A DNA stretch of 64,000 nt from Burkholderiales bacterium (GCA_038316355.1 JBBQAO010000006.1:15957-79956), one strand, 5' to 3'. Numbered from the stretch's first letter, positions 22,570-32,516 are shown. The notes: generated by a model not told the origin, from the letters alone. Numbers and translations: made by a program.

Positions 22570-22941
22570 ATGAAACTGCATCTGGCAGACAGCAAAAACC
22601 GTTACGCGGTCACCGGCTACGGCGTGGGTTACCTCGCCGTCAACACCATCCGCTACGAGCAAGCGCTGTTGATTACGCCCGACCAGGCCCCGGAACCATG
22701 GGCGGTACTGCAGTTTGCCGCACTGGATGCAGCAGCGATGGCCGCGCTGCTGGAAAAAAGCCCTGAAATCATCGTTCTGGGCACTGGTGCCACACAGCGG
22801 TTTGCCGCGCCAGCCGTTCTGCGCCCGCTGATTGAAGCCGGAATCGGCCTCGAAACCATGAACACCCCGGCAGCCTGCCGCACCTACAACATCCTGATGG
22901 GTGAAGGCCGGCGCGTGCTGGCGGCTATGTTGCTGCCCTGA
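22570..22941 (+). CDS. Mth938-like (DUF498) domain protein
   Basis: The 123-aa product starts MKLHLADSKNRYAVTGYG and contains the IIVLGTGATQRF and EAGIGLETMNTPAACRTYN segments typical of the family. I start it at the ATG at 22570 rather than the ORF-track 22396. Confidence 0.7.
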   Translation: MKLHLADSKNRYAVTGYGVGYLAVNTIRYEQALLITPDQAPEPWAVLQFAALDAAAMAALLEKSPEIIVLGTGATQRFAAPAVLRPLIEAGIGLETMNTPAACRTYNILMGEGRRVLAAMLLP

Positions 22942-25900
22942 CCTGCACCGCCAGTTCGCCGGTGCGCACAGCCTGCAGCGGCAGCGTGAAGTAAAAGGTC
23001 GCGCCCAGATCCGGTTCGGCCTCGGCCCAGACCTGGCCACCGTGGCGCCGGATTACGCGCTGCACCAGTGCCAGCCCGATACCCGTGCCCTGGAACTCCG
23101 ACTCGCTGTGCAGCCGCTGGAAGGCGCCGAACAGCTTGTTGACGTACGCCATGTCAAATCCGACGCCGTTGTCGCGGACAAAGTAAGTGCGGCCGTCCGC
23201 AGCTTCGACGCAGCCCACCTCGATCACGGCGCCAGGCCTGGTGCCGGTGAATTTCCAGGCATTGCGCAGCAGGTTATCCAGCGCAATGCGCAACAGGCCG
23301 GCGTCCGCCGCCACCACCATGCCCGGCGCCACCTCGACATGGACCTTGCGACCGGAATCCGCCGCCGCCAGTTCTGCAGCGATGTCCAGCGCCAATGCCG
23401 TCAGGTCGCAGGCGCGGATTTGCGGATCGCGGCGGGTGACGCGCGCCAGCTCCAGCAGGTCATCAATCAGCTTCGCCATGCGCTGGCTGCCGGCCCGCAC
23501 CCGGTCCAGATAGCTGCGGCCGGTTGCATCCAGTTTCATCGCATACTCATCGAGCAGGATCTGGCTGAAGCCGTCGATGGTGCGCAGTGGCGCGCGCAAG
23601 TCATGGGATACCGAGTACGAAAACGACTCCAGCTCGCGGTTGGCTGCCGCCAGCGCGCGCGTGCGCTGCTCGACGCGCTGCTCGAGCTCGGCGTTAAGAT
23701 GGCGCACTTCGGCTTCGGCATGGCGAAAATCAGTCAAGTCATAACCCATCAGATGCACCCCGGTCACGGCCCCGTCATCGGCAACATGCGGAATCAGCGT
23801 CAGGCGGGCGACGCGCGAACCGGTTTGGGTATCCAGAGCGCGTTCCGTGGTGACTTCATCGCCATTCAATGCGCGGGTCAGCAATGGCGCCAGCGTTTCC
23901 CCGTATTGCGACACATCCTGCTCGACCCGCAATGCACCGCCCAGGACATCCAGCCTGGCGGGACCAAACCAGCGGTCAAACGCAATGTTTGAATATTGCA
24001 GATGCTGCCGTTCGTCGAAAAACGCGATGACCGCCGGCACATTGTCGGCAATGGCGCGCAACCGGCTTTCGTTGTCGCGCAGCAGTCGCTCCATGTGCAA
24101 CTGGTCGGTCATGTCACGGAGCAGCACCAGCCGGACTTTCTCTCCTGCGAGCATGGTCGGATAGGAGTAGGCCTCGACGTCAACCACCTCGCCGTTGCTG
24201 CGCATATGTTGCTTCTGCAGCCGTTCGACAATGCCGGTGGGCCGCCCCTCGATGCCACCAAGGTAGCGTTCGCGGCCGGCGGGGGTCTGAATGTCGAGCA
24301 GGTTCATCGTCAGCATCTGCTCCCGGCTATAACCGTACATCTCCAGGCAGGCGTCGTTGCAGTCGATGAAATGCAGTTTATCCTCATGGCGCAGGTAAAT
24401 CGGCAACGGGGTCAGCGTAAAAATCTGCCGGTAGCGGGCTTCGCTTTCAAGGACCCGGACTTCGCTTTCGACCTGCTCGGAAATATCGGCGATGACCGAT
24501 ATCAGGTACGGCGTTTTTTCACTGCCCTGGCCTTCATCAAATCTGGACACCGAAAGATTGACCCAGACGTTTTTCCCGTCCTTGCGCCGGTAGCGTTTGC
24601 GACGGGAATATCCTGTCGTGGTGCCGGACATCAACTGCTGATTCATGTCGTGCGTGGCAGCCAGGTCCTCCTCATGCGTGAGTTCGGTGGTGGTTTTCTG
24701 CAGCAGTTCGCTTTCCGTATACCCGAGGATTTCACACAGCTTCCTGTTGACCCGCAGAAACCGCGGTCGCGGCGAAAACTCCCTGATCGCAATACCTACC
24801 GAAGCCTGTTCGAACACCAACCGGAATCGTGCTTCACTCTCTTCCAGTGCCAGTTGGCCGAGCCGGCGGTCGGTGATGTCCATGGCCAGTATCAGCCGCG
24901 CCGGTTGGCCGCCATACTGAAACGGCTGCGCGGTAATTTCAACAGTGATGATCTGCCCGCTCTTGGTGACATGCCGGCGCTCGAAATGCGCCGGCTGCGC
25001 CGGATCGCGATTGAGCAGTTGCTGCATCACCAGACCGCGCTCTTCCTCATCCTGCAGGTCGACCACGCTCATCGCCTGGAACTCCTCGCGCGTGTAGCCA
25101 TATTTCGCGATGGCGGCATCGTTGACCGCGAGGAATTTCGGAGCATGTATTTCAGTCACCCACATCGGCAACGGTGTCGCAGCAAAAATCCGGCGATAAC
25201 GCTCCTCGCTCGCCTCCAGCGCCTCGACCATCTTCATGCGCTCCGTGACGTCCTGCGCGGTGGCCAGCACTCCGGTGAATTTTCCGGACTCATCAATCAA
25301 CGGCGTATTGCTCCATTCACAAATGATGCGGCTGCCATCCTTGCGGATGTTTTCGTTGCTGCCCGAGACATTCATCTCGCCGGCCTGCAGGCGGGCGCGC
25401 CGTGCCGACACCTGTTCGCTCACCGGTCCGGAAACAATCAACGCGGCGATGTCACGGCCGCGCAGCTCTGCGGTGGTGTAGCCGAAAATCCGTTCCGCAG
25501 CGGGATTGCAGTACACCAGAAGGAAATCCTGATCCTGAAGCAGGCAGGCCACCGGCATGTGCTCCAGTTGCAGCTCCAGCATGTCCAGCAGGTGGCGGCG
25601 TTCGCGCTCAAGATCCGTGCTGGTCTGCTGTGCCTCGGCGCGGTCCATGAACTGACCGATCTCGCGGCCAATCACCTCCAGGGTGTCGAGCATCACCTGG
25701 TCGGGCGCCTCGACGCGCTCGCTGAAAAATTCCAGGGCGTCCTCGGTAATGCGGTTGCGGCGGATAGGCACGGCAACCGCGCCACGCAATCCGGCCCTCT
25801 CGGCAAAATAGCGCCGCCGTTCGCTCTGCTGCGTAAAATCCGCATACCAGACAATTTCATTGCGGGAAACGGCAAGGCTGACCGTTCCCGTCTTCATGTT

Positions 25901-27523
25901 GGCCATTTGGGGCGTCCGCGCAAATTCGACAAACGCATCCGCCCGGATGCCGGGCGCCAGCCAGTACTCATGGCAACTCAGCATCGAGGTTGCGGGATCA
26001 ATGTGTCGCCGCGCGCCCCAGCCCCACTCCATGGTCCGGCAAACGGTTTCGATTACCGCCTGGATCGCCTGTCCCTGGTCTTTTTCCTGGGTCAGGATGC
26101 GCGCAACGTCATGCTGCATGCGCAATTGCTGGCGCAACACAACCTCGGCGGTAATGTCATTACCCACGCCGCGGTAACCGGCCAGCGTCCCGTCTTCGCG
26201 GAAAACCGGTTCACCGTTGAGACTGCCGTACGCCACCCCCCCCTGCGGGCTGGTATAACGCAGGGTCAGATCGTGGAAAGGCGCGCTGCGCGCGATCGCA
26301 GCCTTGTGAGCCATCCAGTCGGAGCCCACGGGTGTGATGAACGTATTTTCCCAGCGTGATTTCCCCAACATTTCGTCGGCAGACCTGCCCGTCAACCGGG
26401 AAAAACCCCCGGAAATCTGCGTCATGCGGTATTCAGCATCCGCTTCCCAATACCAGTCGGAGCCCAGTGCATTCAGCGCTTTGAAGCGGGACTCGCTGCT
26501 GCGCAGCGCGCTTTGCGTCGCCTGCTGCCGCGCCAGCAATACCAGCAGCACCAGCGTGCCCCCGGCAAGCAGCCCGACCAGCAGGCCGGCGATGATGCGG
26601 AAGCGCAAGGCTGTCCTGCTGCTGCCAGCCATTACCGCACTGGCATTCACCCCGACCCCGACCAGCAGCGGATGATCGCTCATGGCGCAAAAACTGCTGA
26701 TGCGCCCGATGCCGTCCACCGGGCCGCTCATCATGCCTGTGCGGCAACCCTGGCCGAGCTGCAGCACCGGCCGGAGCCCGTCATTGCCGCTCAAATCATT
26801 GCCGGCAATGACAGCGTCCCCGCTCATGCTGACGATCAGCGTGCCGTCTTTCCTGAGCAAGGACACCATGCCGTCTGCACTCAGGTTCATCTCGCCACGA
26901 ATCTGCTGCAGCCGGGAAATATCGGCCGTCACGAGCGTGAGGCCCAGCAATTTCCCTTCGCGGTCATTCACCGGATAACTCAGGTGCAATGCCCAGACGC
27001 CGGAATTGCCGGACTGCATTGCCGGACTGATATGCACCTTCAGCACGGTCCGCCGGTGAGCGGCAAAGTGCGCGGCAATGACCTCCGGCGGCGTTGCCAT
27101 CGCCTGACTTTCCCAGACTTTGGTACCGGCGGCATCGAACAGCGAAAATTCGGCAAACTTTATGCTTCTTCCAGCAACCATCCGCGACATGCGCAATGCC
27201 GCGACATCCAGTCCGTCGCGCTGCGCTTCCACGGCAACCAGCCGCACCAGACCCTCGGCTGCGGCAAGCCTCGCATCGAGCTGGTCGCGCAGCGATCTGG
27301 ACAGCGTTTCGGTTAGCCGCTCCACAGATTGGCTGGCGGCAGTGCTGGCCTTGTGGATCGCCGCCTCGTCGGCGACATATATGGCCACGCCGAGAAACAA
27401 TGCACCCAGCGTCAGGACATAGCGCGGATTGTGCAGACTCGCAGGCAGGCGGCCGATCAGCGACCGGGTATTGCGCGCATCACCGCTGTTCTGCAACGTT
27501 CCTCTCCCCGATGAATTTGTCAC
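22925..27523 (-). CDS. Very large membrane sensor histidine kinase (periplasmic Cache-like domain, about six PAS domains, one GAF, HisKA, HATPase_c; no receiver)
   Basis: Two transmembrane segments bracket a ~270-aa periplasmic domain. S-box starts recur (SESRFK, SEERYRR, SEARFR, SEARYRQ, NESRLR). The H-box is FSYSVSHDLRAPLRTIDGF, and the C-terminus carries the G1/G2 ATPase boxes. Confidence 0.9.
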   Translation of the reverse strand: MTNSSGRGTLQNSGDARNTRSLIGRLPASLHNPRYVLTLGALFLGVAIYVADEAAIHKASTAASQSVERLTETLSRSLRDQLDARLAAAEGLVRLVAVEAQRDGLDVAALRMSRMVAGRSIKFAEFSLFDAAGTKVWESQAMATPPEVIAAHFAAHRRTVLKVHISPAMQSGNSGVWALHLSYPVNDREGKLLGLTLVTADISRLQQIRGEMNLSADGMVSLLRKDGTLIVSMSGDAVIAGNDLSGNDGLRPVLQLGQGCRTGMMSGPVDGIGRISSFCAMSDHPLLVGVGVNASAVMAGSSRTALRFRIIAGLLVGLLAGGTLVLLVLLARQQATQSALRSSESRFKALNALGSDWYWEADAEYRMTQISGGFSRLTGRSADEMLGKSRWENTFITPVGSDWMAHKAAIARSAPFHDLTLRYTSPQGGVAYGSLNGEPVFREDGTLAGYRGVGNDITAEVVLRQQLRMQHDVARILTQEKDQGQAIQAVIETVCRTMEWGWGARRHIDPATSMLSCHEYWLAPGIRADAFVEFARTPQMANMKTGTVSLAVSRNEIVWYADFTQQSERRRYFAERAGLRGAVAVPIRRNRITEDALEFFSERVEAPDQVMLDTLEVIGREIGQFMDRAEAQQTSTDLERERRHLLDMLELQLEHMPVACLLQDQDFLLVYCNPAAERIFGYTTAELRGRDIAALIVSGPVSEQVSARRARLQAGEMNVSGSNENIRKDGSRIICEWSNTPLIDESGKFTGVLATAQDVTERMKMVEALEASEERYRRIFAATPLPMWVTEIHAPKFLAVNDAAIAKYGYTREEFQAMSVVDLQDEEERGLVMQQLLNRDPAQPAHFERRHVTKSGQIITVEITAQPFQYGGQPARLILAMDITDRRLGQLALEESEARFRLVFEQASVGIAIREFSPRPRFLRVNRKLCEILGYTESELLQKTTTELTHEEDLAATHDMNQQLMSGTTTGYSRRKRYRRKDGKNVWVNLSVSRFDEGQGSEKTPYLISVIADISEQVESEVRVLESEARYRQIFTLTPLPIYLRHEDKLHFIDCNDACLEMYGYSREQMLTMNLLDIQTPAGRERYLGGIEGRPTGIVERLQKQHMRSNGEVVDVEAYSYPTMLAGEKVRLVLLRDMTDQLHMERLLRDNESRLRAIADNVPAVIAFFDERQHLQYSNIAFDRWFGPARLDVLGGALRVEQDVSQYGETLAPLLTRALNGDEVTTERALDTQTGSRVARLTLIPHVADDGAVTGVHLMGYDLTDFRHAEAEVRHLNAELEQRVEQRTRALAAANRELESFSYSVSHDLRAPLRTIDGFSQILLDEYAMKLDATGRSYLDRVRAGSQRMAKLIDDLLELARVTRRDPQIRACDLTALALDIAAELAAADSGRKVHVEVAPGMVVAADAGLLRIALDNLLRNAWKFTGTRPGAVIEVGCVEAADGRTYFVRDNGVGFDMAYVNKLFGAFQRLHSESEFQGTGIGLALVQRVIRRHGGQVWAEAEPDLGATFYFTLPLQAVRTGELAVQVRAAT

Positions 27524-27544
27524 AGTCTTTTATGTACGCTCCGG

Positions 27545-27573
27545 CTGTCATGGACACTGGCGCGCGATGGTTC
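27545..27573 (+). promoter_or_regulatory. Candidate sigma-70 promoter for the MoxR operon
   Basis: CTGTCA-N17-TATAAT is present, with the -10 at 27568-27573, about 100 nt upstream of the ATG at 27673. This is sequence resemblance only. Confidence 0.3.
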
Positions 27574-27602
27574 ATCTTATAATTGCACCGCCACCTTGTC
27601 TA

Positions 27603-27634
27603 ATTCGTTTCAGTCCTTATTCGTTTCAGTCCTT
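27603..27634 (+). repeat. Perfect 2 x 16-bp tandem direct repeat (ATTCGTTTCAGTCCTT) in the MoxR-operon leader / divergent promoter region
   Basis: The two units at 27603-27618 and 27619-27634 are identical when read directly from the sequence. Confidence 0.9.
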
Positions 27635-27672
27635 ACTTTCTCTGCACATTCCCCCACGAAAGCCTTTCTGCC

Positions 27673-28590
27673 ATGCCTTCACAGATCAATGCTGTTGCCG
27701 AACAGATCAACAGCATCATCCTCGGCAAATCGCAGCAGATCAGGCTGGCCATCGCCTGCATCCTCGCCCGTGGCCACCTGCTGATCGAGGATGTGCCGGG
27801 CGTCGGCAAAACCACGCTGGCCCATGCCATTGCAACGTCGCTGGGCCTGAAATTCCAGCGCATCCAGTTCACCAGTGACCTGCTGCCGGCCGATATCCTC
27901 GGCGTATCCGTCTACAACCGCGACAGCGCCAGCTTCGAATTCCACCCCGGCCCGATATTCACCAATGTCGTGCTCGCCGATGAGGTCAATCGCGCCACAC
28001 CGCGTGCGCAAAGCGCACTGCTCGAAGCGATGGAGGAAAACCAGGTCACCACCGAGGGTGAAACCCGCCCCCTGCCGCGCCCGTTTTTCGTGATTGCCAC
28101 ACAGAATCCCTCGCACCAGATCGGCACTTTTCCGTTGCCGGAATCCCAGCTCGACCGTTTCCTGATGCGTATCGAACTGGGCTATCCCGATGCGCAGGCC
28201 GAACGCGCATTGCTCAATGGCATTGACCGGCGTGACCTGCTGAGCCGGCTGCAGCCGCGTCTGACTCCGGACGCGCTGGCGCAACTGCAGCGTGAAGTGC
28301 AGCAGGTTCACGCCTCCCCCGCCCTGCTCGACTATCTGCAGGCACTGGTCAATCACACCCGCCAGGCGCCGTATTTCGCGCACGGTCTCTCGCCGCGGGC
28401 CGCGCTGGCCATGCTGCATGGCGCCCGTGCCTGGGCTTACATGGATGACCGGAATCATGTCGTGCCGGAAGATTTGCAGGCCGTGCTGCCGGCCATCATC
28501 GCGCACCGGCTGAGTCCCGCCAGCGAACCCGGCGGCGCAAGCCGCAACGATCTGGTGGTACGCCTGCTGCAGCAGGTCGCCATCCCCTGA
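27673..28590 (+). CDS. MoxR-family AAA+ ATPase
   Basis: The protein has Walker A GVGKTTLA and Walker B LADEVNRA, and the ~305-aa size fits MoxR. It is the first gene of a three-gene operon. Confidence 0.9.
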   Translation: MPSQINAVAEQINSIILGKSQQIRLAIACILARGHLLIEDVPGVGKTTLAHAIATSLGLKFQRIQFTSDLLPADILGVSVYNRDSASFEFHPGPIFTNVVLADEVNRATPRAQSALLEAMEENQVTTEGETRPLPRPFFVIATQNPSHQIGTFPLPESQLDRFLMRIELGYPDAQAERALLNGIDRRDLLSRLQPRLTPDALAQLQREVQQVHASPALLDYLQALVNHTRQAPYFAHGLSPRAALAMLHGARAWAYMDDRNHVVPEDLQAVLPAIIAHRLSPASEPGGASRNDLVVRLLQQVAIP

Positions 28591-29585
28591 TGCCCCCGGC
28601 AGCCGGATCGCCGTCGTTGTTCGGCGCGCTTAAAAACGGCGTCCTCGAATGGATGTTCCAGTGGCGCGGCCCTGAACGTGGCACCATCGTGCTGGTGCAA
28701 CGGCGCGTATTCATATTGCCCACGCGTCAGGGACTGCTGTTCGCCGGAGTGATCGTGCTGATGCTGATCGGCTCGGTCAATTACGACCTGTCCCTCGGCT
28801 TCATCCTTGCGTTCCTGCTCGGCGCCACCGGCATCCAGTCGATGCTGCACACCTTCCGCAACATGGCCAACCTGCGCATCGCCGCCGGGCGGGTGCAGCC
28901 GGTGTTCGCAGGCGAACTGGCACAATTCCAGATCCGCATTGCCAACCGTGCGCGCATCCATCGCTACAGCATCGGCGTCACCCGTGACCGGCTGAACGCC
29001 GTCTACGTCGATGTACCGCCCGGCGACGAAATCACCGCAACAATAGGCGTGCCCGCAACCCGGCGCGGCTGGTTGCGCCCGGGACGCCTGACCCTGTTCA
29101 CTTTTTTCCCGGTCGGACTGTTCCGCGCCTGGTCTTACGCCGACCTCGACATGCAGGGGCTGGTGTATCCCGCGCCGGCGTCTCCGGGACTCTCACTGCC
29201 GCTGCCGGAGGCCGGCAGCGGCGACGGTGGTGCGCATGGTCAGGGGCATGATGAATTCTCCGGACTGCGCCAGTACCGCCCCGGCGACTCGCCCCGCCAC
29301 ATCGCGTGGAAGGCCGTGGCACGTGATGACACACTGCTGACCAAACAATTCGCCGGGCGCGCCGATGCCGAACTCTGGCTGGCCTGGGACACGCTGCCGC
29401 CGGCCATGGACAGCGAAAACCGGATTGCGCATCTCGCGCGATGGGTCATCGACGCGGACCGCGCCGGTCTGGCTTACGGCCTGCGTCTGCCCGGCCTGAC
29501 ATTGCCGATCGCCAACGGCGCCACACACCGCGATAATTGCCTGCGCGCACTGGCCTTGCATGGTCTCGCTGCCGACCACGCTTAA
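28590..29585 (+). CDS. DUF58-domain protein (MoxR-associated, vWA-like)
   Basis: The start overlaps the MoxR stop (TGATG). An N-terminal two-transmembrane hairpin is followed by a DUF58-like core (FSGLRQYRPGDSPRHIAWKA). Confidence 0.8.
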   Translation: MPPAAGSPSLFGALKNGVLEWMFQWRGPERGTIVLVQRRVFILPTRQGLLFAGVIVLMLIGSVNYDLSLGFILAFLLGATGIQSMLHTFRNMANLRIAAGRVQPVFAGELAQFQIRIANRARIHRYSIGVTRDRLNAVYVDVPPGDEITATIGVPATRRGWLRPGRLTLFTFFPVGLFRAWSYADLDMQGLVYPAPASPGLSLPLPEAGSGDGGAHGQGHDEFSGLRQYRPGDSPRHIAWKAVARDDTLLTKQFAGRADAELWLAWDTLPPAMDSENRIAHLARWVIDADRAGLAYGLRLPGLTLPIANGATHRDNCLRALALHGLAADHA

Positions 29586-31530
29586 CACGCGGATCATCGG
29601 ATCCCGTGACATCCTCTGGCTGAGCGCCGGGTTCCTGTTCGCCAGCCTGCCCCATCTGCTGCGGATGCCGGTCTGGATCTCCGCGCTGACCATCGGCATT
29701 GCCGGCGGCCGCCTGCTGCAGTTGCGTTTGCGCAGCAAACCATCGGCCAAATGGCTGCTGGTGCTGATCGCCATTGCCGCCAGCGCCGGCATCCTGCTGC
29801 AATACCGGACATTGTTCGGACGCGATGCCGGCGTTGCATTGCTGGTGGTCATGCTCGCACTGAAACTGCTGGAAACCCGCACCCAGCGTGACGGCATGCT
29901 GCTCGGATTCCTCGGCTGCTTTCTGCTGGTCACCAATTTCCTGCATTCACAGACCATCCCGACCGCGGCGTACATGCTGGGCTGCGCATGGCTGCTCGTC
30001 GCCAGCCTGATCGGCATGCAGTTCACCGGTGCATGGCCCGGCTGGCGACAACCCGTGCGCCGCGCCGGCGTACTGATCCTGCAGGGCATACCGCTGATGC
30101 TGGTGCTGTTCCTGCTGTTTCCCCGTGTCCAGGGGCCGCTGTGGGGGCTGCCGCAGGACGCCTATGCCGGATTGAGCGGCCTGTCCGACACCATGAGCCC
30201 GGGCAGTCTGAACAGCCTGATCCTGTCTGACGCCGTCGCTTTCCGCGCCGCCTTCAGCGGAAAAATTCCGGAACCCAAGGATCTCTACTGGCGCGGACCG
30301 GTGTTATGGGATTACGACGGCAAGACCTGGACGGCACCACGCATCGTGCAAAGAACCAACGACCTGCCGGACAACGGTGCGCAGATTGATTACACGGTAA
30401 CTCTCGAGCCCCACAACAAACGCTGGCTGTTCGCACTGGAGTTCCCGGGTCTGCGACCGCCGCGCTCGGTTGCCACGCGTGACATGCAGTTACTCAGCAT
30501 CACCCCCGTGCGCAGCCGCATGCGCTACGACATGGTGTCGTCCATCGGCACCGCCTATGGCGCCGACGATGACCAGAGTCTGCTTGCGCGCAACCTGCGA
30601 CTGCCGGCCGACACCAACCCGAAAACCCACGGCTTCGCGCTGGAGCTGCGCAAAAAGTTTCCGGACGACCGCAACCTCGTCGCCGATGTGCTGACGCGTT
30701 TCCGCAACGAAAATTTCGTTTATACCCTGTCGCCGCCGCTGCTCGGCGAACATCCGGTCGACGAATTCCTGTTTGAAACGCGCCGCGGTTTCTGCGAGCA
30801 CTTCGCCTCGGCCTTTACGGTACTGATGCGCGCCGCAGGCATTCCGGCGCGGGTGGTCACCGGTTATCTCGGCGGCGAAGTGAATCCGGTCGGTGAATAC
30901 ATTCTGGTGCGTCAGGCCGACGCCCATGCCTGGGTGGAAATCTGGCTGGAGAGTACCGGCTGGGTGCGCGTGGATCCCACCGCAGCAGTGTCCCCCGCGC
31001 GCGTGGAACGCGGCATAGCCTCCGCGCTGCCGCGCAGCGATCCGCTGCCGATGTTCGTGCGCGGTGATTTTGCACTGCTGCAGCGCATGCGGTTGACCCT
31101 GGACTCGGTGACCTATACCTGGAATCAATGGGTGCTGGGCTACACCCCGGACCGCCAGCGGCGCCTGCTGTCGTATTTCGGTTTCAGCGAGGCAACGTGG
31201 CGGACACTGGCCTTCATCCTGATGTTCTGCGCCGGAGTCGCGGTGCTGATCGGTGCGTTTTTTGCATTGCGCGATCTGCGTGGCGGACGCGAGGATCCGG
31301 TGAAAAAAATCTATGGCCGGTTTTGCCGAAAACTGGCGCGGCGCGGATTGCAGCGCGATGCGGCTGAAGGTCCGGGCGTTTTTGCGCGCCGCGCCGGGCA
31401 GCAGCGCCCCGAACTGGCGCAGGCGGTGGCTGAAATCACCGCCCTCTATGTCGCCTTGCGTTACGGCGGAGAGTCGGGTCCGGAACGGGTGCAGGCCTTC
31501 AAAAAACGGGTGCGGGCCTTTTCGGCCTGA
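29560..31530 (+). CDS. Transglutaminase-like membrane protein (TgpA-like: DUF3488 membrane domain, transglutaminase core, C-terminal DUF4129-like segment)
   Basis: A multi-transmembrane N-terminus is followed by a catalytic Cys in GFCEHFASAF, His in DAHAWVEIW and Asp in WVRVDPT. The start overlaps the DUF58 gene by 26 nt. Confidence 0.85.
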   Translation: MVSLPTTLNTRIIGSRDILWLSAGFLFASLPHLLRMPVWISALTIGIAGGRLLQLRLRSKPSAKWLLVLIAIAASAGILLQYRTLFGRDAGVALLVVMLALKLLETRTQRDGMLLGFLGCFLLVTNFLHSQTIPTAAYMLGCAWLLVASLIGMQFTGAWPGWRQPVRRAGVLILQGIPLMLVLFLLFPRVQGPLWGLPQDAYAGLSGLSDTMSPGSLNSLILSDAVAFRAAFSGKIPEPKDLYWRGPVLWDYDGKTWTAPRIVQRTNDLPDNGAQIDYTVTLEPHNKRWLFALEFPGLRPPRSVATRDMQLLSITPVRSRMRYDMVSSIGTAYGADDDQSLLARNLRLPADTNPKTHGFALELRKKFPDDRNLVADVLTRFRNENFVYTLSPPLLGEHPVDEFLFETRRGFCEHFASAFTVLMRAAGIPARVVTGYLGGEVNPVGEYILVRQADAHAWVEIWLESTGWVRVDPTAAVSPARVERGIASALPRSDPLPMFVRGDFALLQRMRLTLDSVTYTWNQWVLGYTPDRQRRLLSYFGFSEATWRTLAFILMFCAGVAVLIGAFFALRDLRGGREDPVKKIYGRFCRKLARRGLQRDAAEGPGVFARRAGQQRPELAQAVAEITALYVALRYGGESGPERVQAFKKRVRAFSA

Positions 31531-31563
31531 AATGTCAATAAAAACAATTAGTTACATTGATTT
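31531..31563. repeat. AT-rich intergenic element, copy C
   Basis: TCAATAAAAACAATTAGTTACATTGATTT matches copy A at 26 of 29 aligned positions. The element fills the entire 31-bp gap between two convergent stop codons. Confidence 0.8.
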
Positions 31564-32485
31564 ACGCCGGCGGCAACAAATCCGCCGGATCCACCGGCTT
31601 GCCCTGCCTGCGGATTTCAAAATGCAGTTTCACCTGATCGGTATCGGTGTTACCCATTTCCGCGATTTTCTGGCCACGCGTCACCGTCTGACCTTCCTTC
31701 ACCAGCAGCTCGCGGTTATGCGCATACACGCTGAGAAATTTTTCATTGTGTTTGATCACAATCAGCTTGCCCAGACCGCGGATGCCGGTGCCGCTGAAAA
31801 TCACCCGCCCCGGTCCGGCCGCCACCACCGGCTGGCCCATTTTTCCGGCAATGCCGATCCCCTTGTTCGAGGCCTCGTTGAACGGACTGACGATCTTGCC
31901 GGTCACCGGCCAGATCCACTCGACTTCATCCGCACCCGGGGGAAAAGGTTTGGGTTCTGTTTGAGCGGGCGGTTTGGCCGCTGCTGCCGGGTCGGGCTTC
32001 GCGCCTGAGATCTGGGCATAAGTCTGGTCCGAATAAGGCACCCGCACGCCGCGCGGCTCCACGCGCGCAGCGGCGGCAGCGCCGACGCCAGAGCCCAGCG
32101 GTTTCGCCTCCACCGTGCCTGACGGTGTGCGCAGGGGGGAGGCCACCACACCGCCCGGCGGCGTCAGTCGCAATGGCTGGCCGATGCGGATGCGCGACGG
32201 TTCAATGTTGTTCCAGGCTGCCAGTTCGCGGTAATCCAGGCCAAACTCCAGCGCAATGCCGTACAACGTGTCGCCGGCTTTGACCGTATAGGAATCAGGC
32301 CGCGGCTGGTCGACCACGGGCGCCGGTGCCACGCGCGGCGCCGGTTTGGCCGGCGGCGCCTTGGCCTGCGCGGGCAGCCGCTCGGTGACCGGCGCGGGAC
32401 GGCCGGTCATGCAACCGCTCAGCGAAAGTAGCGCTGCGCAGCACAGCACGACAACAAAACCGCCGGTAACGGGGTGATCAGCCAT
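31562..32485 (-). CDS. nlpD: LysM-domain M23 peptidase lipoprotein (NlpD-like murein hydrolase activator)
   Basis: The protein has a lipobox (LLSLSGCM), a LysM domain (YTVKAGDTLYGIALEFG) and an M23 domain (KLHFEIRRQGKPVDP). I start it at the ATG at 32485. Confidence 0.88.
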   Translation of the reverse strand: MADHPVTGGFVVVLCCAALLSLSGCMTGRPAPVTERLPAQAKAPPAKPAPRVAPAPVVDQPRPDSYTVKAGDTLYGIALEFGLDYRELAAWNNIEPSRIRIGQPLRLTPPGGVVASPLRTPSGTVEAKPLGSGVGAAAAARVEPRGVRVPYSDQTYAQISGAKPDPAAAAKPPAQTEPKPFPPGADEVEWIWPVTGKIVSPFNEASNKGIGIAGKMGQPVVAAGPGRVIFSGTGIRGLGKLIVIKHNEKFLSVYAHNRELLVKEGQTVTRGQKIAEMGNTDTDQVKLHFEIRRQGKPVDPADLLPPA

Positions 32486-32516
32486 GCGCTGCGCCGGTGC
32501 CGCGCGCGGATTGTGC

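Noticed and set aside
23996-26359. A 787-aa ORF on the plus strand, antisense to the large sensor kinase gene.
   Set aside because: It is a typical GC-rich shadow ORF. Its composition is Arg/Ala/Gly/His-rich with no recognisable motif, and it lies entirely inside a gene whose opposite-strand product has clear PAS, GAF and kinase motifs. The same reasoning applies to 10755..11954, 14661..15677, 20149..21201, 29193..30089, 34829..35932, 37892..38812, 41526..42698, 58281..59441 and 61977..63119.
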